Below are positions 38,170 to 49,400 of a DNA stretch of 64,000 nucleotides, one piece after another. Numbering within the stretch: position 1 is the first letter of the stretch; each line of letters starts with the position of its first letter. The notes beneath the pieces are model-generated. The model did not search any database, had not been told where the DNA came from, and saw only the letters and a program-made list of their open reading frames with translations. A program made the position numbers and the translations under genes. Where the stretch lies: positions 7,998,001 through 8,062,000 of the forward strand of contig NW_027361741.1 of the NCBI RefSeq assembly GCF_039654945.1. The letters run 5' to 3'. This DNA is from Dendrobates tinctorius. Its lineage: Eukaryota.

Positions 38170-38523
38170 CCATGCATACCCAGATGGCGGTGGGGGCCAA
38201 TCATAAGGATGGGTCCATGAATACCAGGACTGGGGTTTGGAGGGCAATCATACCAAGACGCTATTAAAGAGAAATTAATATTCATTGCCCTCCATGCCCA
38301 TGGGCATGGAATGCAGTGAATATTCATTTCTCTTCAGCAGTGGGCACAGAAATTAGCCGCAGCAGCTGGCTCCAGCCTCCTGTGGCCAGCTGCACTGCTG
38401 ATGCCGCTCACCCACCTACCCACCACAGCCAGAGTCGGTACATCTGGACTATAAAACGCACCCCCCTATTTTCCTCCAAATTTTTGGAGGAAAAAGGTGC
38501 ATTTTATAGTCCAAAAAATACGG
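38170..38523. mobile_element. pogo/Tigger-like MITE right end
   Basis: GGACTATAAAACGCACC...GGTGCATTTTATAGTCCAAAAAATACGG+TA terminal hairpin. Confidence 0.55.
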
Positions 38524-39112
38524 TAATTTCTGTTATTTTCATTAGTTCACCTTATAATAATAATAATAATAATAATTTTATTTCTATAGTGGCAACATAT
38601 TCCGCAGCCCTTTACATTTTAGAGAGGAGTTGTACTGACAATAAAAGACATTACAGAATAACAATAATCACATAAATCAACGGATAACAAGAGGAGTGAG
38701 TGCCCTGCTCGCAAGCTTCCAATCTATGAGGAAATAGGGGAGACACGAAAGGTGGATGGTAACAATTGCTTTCATTGTACGGTCCAGCCATCAATGTTCT
38801 AAAAAGGGTGTTCATGTAATGACGCATGAACCTGTAACCAACCAATATGTGGAAGAGTACAGACATACAGGGCTATTAAATGCAAAAAAGGTTTGAGGAC
38901 AAATGATACAAGGGTCCTAGTTTTGAAGAAAATTTTGAATGGGCAACACATGGATCACAGCTAGCTTTAGGTTTTTGTGGACCCCGGGCAAAAGAGTTTC
39001 AGTGGGCCCCTTTAACACATACCACAATTCATAATGCACAGATACTGCAGAGAAATATAGGTATAATACAATACCAAAAATTTTACTTACTTTTTACATT
39101 ACATGAGTAATA

Positions 39113-40082
39113 GGCTCCATATAATGCTCCATATAATGGGCCCCATATGATGTCCTATATAAGATGGGCCCCATATGATGCTACATATATAATGGGCCCC
39201 ATATGATGCTCCAGTATACAATGGACCCATAAAATGCTCCATATGTAATGGCCCCATATATGATGCTCCAGTGTATGATGGGCCCATATAATGATCCATA
39301 TATAATGGGACTCATGCAGTGGGGAAAAATGTATTTAGTCAGGCACCAATTGTTCAAGTTCTCCCACTTAAAAAAAATGAGAGAAGCCTGTAATTGACAT
39401 CATAGGTAGACCCCATCTATGTCAAAATAAATCTTGCCCAATCAGACAAGGTGATTTTCTGGATTTGTTTTCTCATTTTGACTCTTATACTTGTGGTCTA
39501 CCTATGATGTCAATTACAGGCCTCTCTCATCTTTTTAAGTGGGAGAACGTGCACAATTGGTGGCTGACTAAATACTTTTTTCCCCACTGTATATGATTCT
39601 CCAGTGCATGATGGGCCGATATAATGCTCCATATATAATTGGACTCATATATGATGCTCCAGTGTATTATGGGCCCCATATATGATGCTCCAGTATATAA
39701 TGGGCCCATATATGAGGCTCCAGTATATAATGAACCCCATATATTGTGCTCCAGTGTATTACGGGCCTCATATATGATGTTTCAATGTATAATTTGCCCC
39801 ATATATGATGTTCCAGTGTATAATGGGCCCCATATATGATGCTCCAGTGTATGGTGGGCCTCATATATGATGCCCCAGTGTATGATGGGCCCATATATGA
39901 GGCTCCAGTGTATAATGGAATGATGTTCCAATGTATAATTTGCCCCATATATGATGTTCCAGTGTATTATGGGCCTCATATATGATGTTCCAATGTATAA
40001 TTGGCCCCATATATTATGCTCCAGTGTATAATGGGCCCCATATATGATACTGAAGTGTATGATGGTCCCCATATATTGCTTC
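39113..40082. repeat. ~30-bp minisatellite (TATAATGGGCCCCATATATGATGCTCCAGTG)n
   Basis: More than 20 degenerate tandem units, split by a Tc1 MITE. Confidence 0.95.
39317..39589. mobile_element. Internally deleted Tc1 (MITE)
   Basis: CAGTGGGGAAAAATGTATTTAGTCAG...CTGACTAAATACTTTTTTCCCCACTG+TA, with ~95-bp inverted arms. Confidence 0.9.
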
Positions 40083-40441
40083 AAATATAAAAAAATAAAT
40101 TAAATAAATACTAATCTATGCTCACTGGCCGTTGCTCTGCTCTGGACTCCTCAGTGTCACCATCTTCCAGCTCTCTGCACTGTGACTGTTCAGGCAGAGG
40201 GTCCACAGACGTGATGTCATCGCGCCCTCTGACCAGAACGTCACAGTCAAGAGACGCAGAAGGCGCTGCAGAGGTAGATCGGGGAGAGGTAAGTATCGCA
40301 AGTGTTGGGACCCTGATCAAGCGGGGGGTGGGGGGGTCCTGTCACTTGCTCGGGTGCACCAGGTGCTGATGCCAGCCCTAACAGGGATAGTTAGATAAAT
40401 ATGTTGAGGCGGTAGGCCAGTCTGAATAAATGCGTTTTTAG

Positions 40442-42836
40442 TGGATAATATAAATGGTTAGCACTCGGCCTGAAGGTTTGAGTTTGAGGTGCTAGTGAAA
40501 AGGAACAGATAGTCCCCAAATTATATAGACAATATAGAGTCACTGCACATGCTGGTTATGCTTATTGTGAAATAAGTTTATTGCTTGACGGTGAAGAAGC
40601 GACATCTGACGTTTCGGCCACATCGGCCTATATCAAAAATGTCGCTGTAATAATAAAATACATACAATAAAAGATCAAAAATATGTACAAATTATACAGA
40701 ATATATACATTCAGTATCAAGAGAAAGTGAAACAAATGCATTAGAATCACTAGAGGAATATAGAGACAATCCAAGCCAGGAGAAAGAGAAAAAGAAACAT
40801 GGCGGTAGATAAGACCATATAGAGAGAAAACATGAGAAATGCGGTCACCCAGGCCATTAGGGACAGAATATCCAGCCATAAGTCCACTATTAGGTGCGGA
40901 AAAACATGGCTCCCACTCCCTGCCCATTTCAAGGAAGCCCGACACAACGTATCACAGTTACGGTTCCAAATCATAGAAAAAGTCCCTAGACCCAAAAGAG
41001 GTGGTAATCATACTCGCCTTTTGAAGCAACGGGAGACGTTCTGGATCTACACTCTGGACACCCTACATCCGAGAGGTCTCAATCGAGAAATTGATTGGTT
41101 AATCTGATTTTTTTTCCTCTTTTCCTTTAGACCCATTGAGTGTTTGCCTTCATGAGTCTCTTTTTACATCTTCCCTGGCGGTAAGATAATGAACTACGAA
41201 CTACATTGTGTTTCTTTTTTCTTTTTTCTTTTTTTCAGCTTCCTTTTTTTTCTGTTTTTTCCCCCCTTTTTTCCCCTTTTTTCCTTTTTTTCTCCTTTGA
41301 AGGTGTTTCATTTTCATCTATTTTCATTTATTTTTTCCTTTTATTTTTTCCTTTTTCCCTTTTGCGAATTTGTTTCATTTTTGTTGTATTTATTTTTTCA
41401 CTTTTTCACCCCCCAAAATTTTTTTTCCCTTTTTTTTCCTTTTTCCCCCCATTCCCCCCCCTTTTTCAATTTATTTCATTATATTTTATTGTATTGTTTA
41501 CATCTCTTCCCATCCCCAGTACCCGCTCACCCTTGGATCACAGATTAAATCTCTTTCATTTCATTTCTTTTATTTTCCATTTAAGTTTGGACTCCTACGC
41601 AATATGAATGCCATAATCACATGTATATTATTTCTGTTTGTAAAAATACTTTTTATATATCTGTATGATATTTATTAATATTGTATATTTCAACTATTTC
41701 TAACACATTGTACCATCTCCCCTTCATGCGTATGTCCTATTTAAAGTCTCAGTAGTCTTTGTGTGACCTCAGTACATTTTCCCTGACTGCGCTTTACTGC
41801 GCATGCGTTGGCAGCCCGCGCCATCTTTTCGGTGGTTATCTGTATCAGATGACACGACCGTGCCCTACTGCGCACGCGCCGGCGTCTGACTTCACTTCCG
41901 GTCATGTGACTAGACCGGACAGTGTAAATAGCGCGACTGGGTACTCAGCGCTCACTCACTGCTGTGGCACGGCTGTGCCTACTTCCCCCACTGCGCCACC
42001 AATAACTGTAAGTACTGTCCCATACAGGGACCACCGCTGTATCACCAACTTGTGTATGGTCCCATTCTAGGACCACCACTATACCACCAACCCTGCTTTA
42101 TACTTATTGGCCCCTTTTTTTTCCATCTAGCTCTGGCATACTTACCAGTCCACCACCTCATCAGGAATTAGGATTACTGGCGACTTGGGTATATATCCCC
42201 TTTTTGTTTTCCCACTATATACTATGCTCTTGGACATACCCCAACTATATATATAGGCAGACCTCTTTATTTTTATTTTTATTCTTACTTTTTGTGCATA
42301 ATTAGCTCTAAGGCTACATTATTTACGCTGGCAAGTCTGGTCTCTTCATTGTGCCTCCAGACACCCAGTCTTGTACTGTGTTCGTCTAATATTATATGCC
42401 ATCCTAACGATATGTCCATTTATCCTTACTTACAGAATACGCTATCAATCTATTATTGCCTAGCAGTGACACTATCTATTCGGTGAACACAGATTCTTCA
42501 TTCAATCTAAGGGGTATGACCGCATTTCTCATGTTTTCTCTCTATATGGTCTTATCTACCGCCATGTTTCTTTTTCTCTTTCTCCTGGCTTGGAGTGTCT
42601 CTATATTCCTCTAGTGATTCTAATGCATTTGTTTCACTTTCTCTTGATACTGAATGTATATATTCTGTATAATTTGTACATATTTTTGATTTTTTATTGT
42701 ATGTATTTTATTATTACAGCGACTTTTGTGATAAAGGCCGATGTGGCCGAAACGTCAGATGTCGCTTCTTCACCGTCAAGCAATAAACTTATTTCACAAT
42801 AAGCATAACCAGCGTGTGCAGTGACTCTATATTGTC
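40442..42836 (+). mobile_element. Penelope-like element, 5'-truncated, with inverted pLTR
   Basis: GIY-YIG C-terminus (RISSHKSTI...RETFWIYTLDTLHPRGLN, ~40845-41107). 40525-40847 is the reverse complement of 42517-42837. 15-bp TSD TAAATGYGTTTTTAG. Confidence 0.9.
42719..42765 (+). ncRNA. Minimal hammerhead-ribozyme-like motif (inverted copy at 40599-40645)
   Basis: GCGAC..GTGATAAA-GGCC-gatgt-GGCC-GAAACGTC..GTCGC: stem I, variant core, stem II, palindromic stem III and a GUC site. Confidence 0.6.
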
Positions 42837-44529
42837 TAAATGTGTTTTTAGGGCACGCTTAAAACTGTGGGTATTGGGGATTAATCTAATTGTCCTGGGT
42901 AGTGCATTCCAAAGAATTGGTGCAGCACTCAAGAAGTCTTGGAGATAGTAGCAGGAAGTTCTTATTATTGAGGATATTGAGGAAGGAGCTATAGGATGGT
43001 GCTGAACTGTGGATCGCTTTGTGGGTGAGAGTGATAAGTTTATATTGAACTCTGGAGTGGGTGGTTAACAAGTGGCACAAGGTAGAGGCATCGGTGTAAC
43101 GGTTGGTGAGGAATATGATCCTGGCTGCAGCATTCAAGACAGATTGGAGAGGGGAGAGGTACAATAGAACAAATGACAATGAATAAGAGCTACAGTAAGT
43201 GTTTTTGCAGAGTCAAAAGTAAGAAATGGTCGAATTCTAGAAATGTTTTTGAGGTGTAGATGACAAGAGTGAGCAAGTGATTGGATTAGGGGGGTGAATG
43301 AAATATCTGAAACAAGTATGACCCCAAGACAGAAAGCATTCTGCTGGGCAGTAATGGTAGAACCACATATGGAAATGACAAGGTCGGGCATAGGTAGGTT
43401 AGTGGAGGGAGGAAACACCAGGAGTTCGTTTTTTGACGGGTTTATTTTCAGATAGAGCGAGGACATGATGTTGGAGACAGTGGTAAGACAATCATTGGTG
43501 TTTTGTAATAATGTAGGTGTGATGTCAGGAGTAGAGGTGTATAATTGGGTGTCATCAGCATAGAGATGGAACAGGAAACCAAATCTACTGATTGTTTGTC
43601 CAAAAGGGGCAGTATACAAGGAGAAGAGGAGAGGGCCTAGGACTGATCCTTGAGGAACCCCAACAGTAAGGGAGAAAGGAGAGGAGGAGGAGCCAACAAA
43701 TGATACAGTGAAGGAGCCATCAGAGAGGTGGGAGGAGAACCAGGAGAGAATGAAGTCCTTGAGGCCAATGGAGCGGAGCATAGTGAGGAGGAGCTGGTGA
43801 TCCACAGTGTAGAATGCTGCAGAGAGATCCAGGAGAATCAGCAAGGAGTAGCGACCATTAGATTTAGCTGTTAGTAGATCATTAGAGACTTTAGTCAGGG
43901 CAGTTTCAGTAAAGAGAAGAAAATGGATTGTAGATGGTCAAGAAGAGAGTGATCTGAGAGATAGCAGATTAGACAGGAGTGATCTAAGAGTTCCAGGAGT
44001 TTAGACATGAAGGGAAGATTAGAAAAAGGTCTATAGTTAGCAACACAGTTTTGGTTGAGGGATGGTTTTTTAAGTAATGGATGTATGCTGGCATGTTTAA
44101 ATGAGGAGGGAAAGATACCGGAAGAGAGAGAGAGGTTAAATATTTTTTTTAGTGAGTGGTGACAACAGGGGAAAGGGAGTGGAGATGTGAGGGAATAGAG
44201 TCACTTGTGCAAGTAGTAGAGTGAGAAGATGCAAGGAGCCTGATCACTTCTTCCGTGACTGGCCCAAAGAGAGAGAGTAAGCTAGATGTAGTGTGGGAGG
44301 GAGGACAGTGCATGGTATGAGGGGATTGGGAGAAAATTTCCTGTCGGATATGGTCAATATTTTCTTTGAAATAATTGGCCAGGTCGTCAGCGCTGAGATC
44401 CGTAGTTGGGGCCTGCACTCTTGGATTGAGGAGGGAATGAAAAGCGTCAAAGAGACGTTTAGGACTGTTGAATAGTGAGGTGATGAGGGTGCTGAAGTAT
44501 GTTTGCTTGGAGAGCTGAAGAGCAGAGCT

Positions 44530-44930
44530 AAAAATTAAAAAATACCCCCCCAAAAATCCCCAAAAAACAATGTTAGATAACTCCTACTTTGACTGTTAAA
44601 CCTACATGACTATGTCAACCTCATCCTCCACTTGGACCTCAGCCTCCTGGTCCAAGATAATACTTTTGTATTTAATTTCTGTTATTTTCATTAGTTCCCA
44701 TTAAAAAATTAAAAAAATACAAAAAACCCAACCCCCCCCCAAAAAAAACAGTGTTGGAAAACTCCTACTTGGACTGTTATACCTTCATCATAGCTTATAC
44801 CTCATCTTCGACTTGGACCTTGGCCTCCTGATTCAAGATAATTGTTTGGTTTTGTATTTAAAAATTTAAAAATTAAAACACAAATAACAAAAAAAGATAA
44901 AAATAACAGCCCCCACCCAAAAAAACGAAC
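44530..44930 (+). repeat. ~180-bp tandem repeat (2+ units)
   Basis: AACTCCTACTT.GACTGTTA...ACTTGGACCT..GCCTCCTG..CAAGATAAT repeats at 44579 and 44760. A piece of the unit also occurs at 38524-38548, on the other side of the L2. Confidence 0.75.
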
Positions 44931-45924
44931 TGCGTTGCTATCTCGCATTTCGTCTCTTACACGTACATCACCTGATCCACCTCCACCTTCACTGGAAAAG
45001 GTTCTAATGGCTCTCGCGCTGATGTGAGTAAGTTGAGTTCATTGGTTGTGAACTTCCAGGAACTTTCTGATGGCACTGTGAGCGAGTGAACGTTCTCACG
45101 CTTGCGGTCAGTGATGTCAGTGAGGTGAAAGGAGATCACAGAAAGGCACTGAGCTGAGAAAGCATGCATCGATTAGCGTCTCTGCTTGAAGGCTGTGTAG
45201 TCACATCATGCAACAATGCAGCCTGCCATCTAGATGTAGCGTCTCAGGAAAGAGAGGATTATAATCCTCTCGGTGGACAGGTACAGAATATTGTTGTTTA
45301 TTACTTTAATTCTGTTACAGGGGACAATGCCCTCAGTTGACTGGGCATTGACATGAGTATGTTTTCAATTAAAGGACTTTATTGTGGGTGTGTGTTTTTT
45401 TTATACAATATCACTATGGAGTTAGTAATGGAGGCGTCTTGTAGGTGCCTCTTCATTACTAACCTCTGATCTTGATGTCACCTGACATCATCCCCCAACT
45501 ATCACCTCACTTGCCACTGCACCAGGGCATGTGGGAAACGCAAAGCTAAGTGCCAGATTTCGCACATCCTATGGATGCACCATTTCTGGGGCAGTTGAGA
45601 GCTTATTTTTTCAGTCTGGGAGGGGACCAATATCCATGGCCTTTCCTAAGCTAATAATATCAGCGCGCAGCTGTCTGCCTAGCCTTTGCTGGTTATTAAA
45701 TATAGAGGACCCAACTTATTTTTTTGGAGTATTACCCACTTACCAGGCTATAAACATCTGCCCCCAGCTGTTTGGTTTCCCTCTGATGGCTATTAAAATA
45801 TCGGGGGATGCCACGCCATTTTTTCCAAAAATTATTTAGTACAGAAAAAATACATGTACAGTAAGCTACAAAAGCAGTGTTCTAGTTATATATGTGACTG
45901 ACATCTTTATATCTATCTATTCTA

Positions 45925-46090
45925 CAGCTCTGGCAAAAATTAAGAGACCACTTTCAAATGTTCAGTTTGTCTGATTTTTCTCTTTATAGGTATATTTTTG
46001 AGTAAAATGTAAATTGTTCTTTTAGTCTATAAACTTCTTACAACATGTCTCCAAATTTCCAAGCAATACATTTTGTATTTTTTTTCTGAA
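45925..46090. mobile_element. Tc1 TIR fragment
   Basis: TA+CAGCTCTGGCAAAAATTAAGAGACCACT. Confidence 0.65.
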
Positions 46091-46496
46091 TTAAAACATA
46101 ACTTTTAATCCGTTAATTAAAAGAACTACTAAAGTGTGCTACCCAAATGTGAATAAAACGCATAAAAAATGCCAATCTAATGGGTGGACCCTAAGAACAA
46201 AGGAAACCACCTAGATGCCTTATAAGGATATAGATTTTCACCTGGTAATCTATTGCATAGGTGAACAAAATATCTGAAAGGTATAGCAATGAATAACAAT
46301 TCAACACATAGATGCCATAGCCTAATTGCACATATATAAGATACAAAGTGCCAAAAAGGTCTTTCTTGACCACATAAATAGGCAATCAGGTGAGATATTA
46401 ATAAAAAAGGAACAATCTCACCAAATAAGATGATGGGTCGTGAGTCTCCAAAGATCCTCTGTACAGTCAATGGAAAGAAAGAAGGGAAGACAATAC

Positions 46497-49400
46497 TGTT
46501 ATGAGTTCATTTTCCCCTTCACCATTGAGGTCTGATGAACTCCCTCTTCTGGTGAAGGAAGGTAGTGAGGCTGATTACCAAGCACCTGAGCTGGGAGAGG
46601 ATGACTGGGCGACGGGGATCTCTGACTGGATATAAAGCAGCCGACGCCCTTCCTCCTCGCTGGTGATTCCTCTGTGGAATTCTTCCCTGCTGGTTCTCTG
46701 TGGAATTCTAGGAGACCAGTTTGATTCCTGCTCCTCAAAAGCTAAGTTTTCTGCTTTGCCTTTTTGCATTTGTGTTTTGGTTTTAGTTTGCCTTGCTTTT
46801 CTGGATTCTGCCATTCCCTGCTGGGGTGAGCTGAATTCCTTTTTTGCCGGTTGCTCTGTCTTCAGAAAATACCTGAGTACTGACATAGTCTTTTTGAAGC
46901 CTAGCGACTTCAGGGCCTTTTTCCCTGTAAGTCTTTTGGTTCTTATTTTCATAGGGTTTTTCGCGGATTGTAGACAGCAGCTTTCCTATCCTGTCCTGTC
47001 TAATTAGCTTGGGCCCCATCATTTGCTCAGTCTATCTTTCTATCTGTGTTAGTGTTTTTTCTTCTTGCTTCACCGTCATTATATGTTGGGGGCTGCCTAT
47101 TGCTTTGGGGTCTGCTCTGGGGCAGTTTAGATTTCCCTTTCTGTCTTTAGACTAGGCAGTTCTCCGGCTGTGATCGAGGGGTCTAGGGCATCGTAGGAAC
47201 CCCCCACGGCTACTGCTAGTTGTTGTTGATAGGTTCAGTGGTCTGCAATCCGATAGCTGCCAACTTCTCTGGTTTTCTGGACTTAGCTAGCATTTCTGTT
47301 TTTGCCTCCTACGGTGACTCATTCATAACAGAATCACCAGCCATACCGCAGATCCTAGGGTACTCAATAGCAGGAAAGAATTAAAAAAAAAGTGTGTATA
47401 TTTTTTCCTCTATATCTCTGAGGCCGTAGGGGGAATTTTTTTTTCTCTCAATGGAGATAAAGCTATTGTCTGATCTTGTGGAGCAGCTCGCTGTGGAAGT
47501 GCGGGGAATTTCCACCTACCTTGCTCATTCACATGCTGCTGAACCAAAGATCCCTACTCCTGATGTGTTTTTTGGGGATCGTTCTAAATTTTTGAATTTC
47601 AAAAATAATTGTAAATTATTTTTTGCCTTGAGGCCCAACTCGTCAGGGAGCTCTGCGCAGCAGGTTAAAATTGTCATCTCTTTGCTGCGTGACGATCCCC
47701 AGGATTGGGCGTTTTCTTTGAAACCTGATGATCCTAGTCTGACTAATGTGAACGCATTTTTTCAAGCCTTGGGGTTGTTGTATGACGATCTTAATGCTAT
47801 TGATCAGGCTGAAAAGACCCTGTTGGCATTGAGCCAGGGTCGAGATTCTGCAGAATTGTACTGTCAAAAATTCGGAAAGTGGGCGGTCCTTACTGCCTGG
47901 AATGATAATGCCTTGGCAGCTCTCTTTCAGAAGGGTTTGTCAGAGGCCGTAAAAGATACTATGGTGGGATTTCCTGTTCCCTCTGGTCTGGATGATTCTA
48001 TGTCATTAGCCATTCAGGTTGATCGGCGTTTACTTGAACGCAGGACTGCACGAGAGGTGTTGCCACCTGTTGAACAAGTGTCTGAACCTATGCAATGTGA
48101 TAGAGTTTTGTCCAGGGAGCAACGTCAGGAGTTCAGAAAGCGTAATAAGCTGTGTTTTTTTTTGTGGAGATGCCTCGCATATTATTTCTGTCTGTCCTAA
48201 ATGAGAGAAACGTTTTGCACACATGTTTTCTGTGGGTGGTGTTCAACCTAAGTTTCTTCTGGCAATTACTCTGATCTGCTCCCTGTCCACATTTTCCACC
48301 AAGGCTTTTGTGGATTCGGGAGCAACCCTGAACCTAATGGACTTGGATTTTGCTAAACGTTGTGGATTTCCTATGACACCTCTGCGGACGCCTATCCCTT
48401 TGAGGAGGATTGATGCTACACCTTTGGCGAAAAATAAACCTCAGTTTTGGACCCAGGTGGTAATGCGGGTCGCCCCAAACCATCAAGAAAATTGCAGATT
48501 TTTGGTGCTGCATAATTTGCATGATACCATTGTTCTGGGGTTTCCCTGGTTGCAAATTCATAATCCAGTTTTGGACTGGAAATCTGTGTCTGTTGTGAGT
48601 TGGGGTTGTCGGTGTGCCCTTAGTGAGGCTCCGTTTTTTTCCACCTCTCCTCAGTCGCATGATGTTCCTGACTATTTGGTGGACTTTTATGATGTATTTA
48701 GTGAGAATGAGTCTGCATCTTTGCCTCTTCATAGGAGTTATGACTGTGCAATTGAACTGAGCCCGGGGTGTAAATTTCCCAAGGGTCGGCTCTTCAATTT
48801 ATCTGTACCCGAGCACGAGGCTATGCGATCCTATATTAAGGAGGCGTTGGAGAAGGGTCATATTAGACCATCCTCTTCACCATTAGGTGCTGGTTTTTTT
48901 TTCGTGGCCAAAAAGGATGGTTCATTAAGGCCTTGTACTGATTATCGTGCCCTCAACAAAATTACTATTAAATATCAGTATCCGTTACCCCTGATTTCGG
49001 ATCTATTCTCCAGAGTTAAAGGTGCTTGCTGGTTTACCAAGCTTGACCATAGGGGGGCGTATAATCTTATCCGCATTAAGCATGGGATGAATGGAAGACG
49101 GCGTTTAATACTCCAGAGGGACATTTTGAGTACCTGGTGATGCCTTTTGGGCTCACTAATGCCCCTTCTGTCTTCCAGTGCTTCATGAACTACATTTTCT
49201 GAGACTTTGTGGATACATTTTTGATTATCTATCTGGATGATATTTTGATCTTCTCCAAGGATTGGGATTCTCATGTGGAACATGTTCGGACGGTGTTCCG
49301 GATCTTGAGGGAGAATTCCCTGTATGTCAAAGGATCGAAATGCCTTTTTGGGGTACATAGGATTTCATTTTTGGGATTTATTTTGTCTCCGTCAACTATT

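Larger units (their letters stand above)
38958..40379. mobile_element. Non-autonomous DNA element carrying a minisatellite array
   Basis: Interrupts the L2 3' UTR. Right end GATGCCAGCCCT; left end degenerate. Confidence 0.45.
38556..44530 (-). mobile_element. L2 LINE, 5'-truncated, interrupted by two insertions
   Basis: RT ORF 43844-43134 ([26 protein letters not shown]); [12 protein letters not shown]; L2 3' end with (TTA)n tail at 38556-38617. Confidence 0.93.

Noticed and set aside
39099-40084. Regular ~30-bp array as a CRISPR or a repeat protein
   Set aside because: There are no unique spacers or cas genes, the context is eukaryotic, and it is a simple minisatellite.
41189-41678. Phe-rich membrane-like ORFs
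   Set aside because: This is the T-rich low-complexity 3' region of the Penelope element.
48150-48165. Programmed frameshift at the T-run in copy A gag
   Set aside because: Copy B is in frame across this site, so a homopolymer indel or sequencing error is more likely.
47451-48200. Domesticated PEG10/RTL-like host gene
   Set aside because: It lies within LTR- and TSD-bounded elements, occurs in two copies, and carries disabling lesions.
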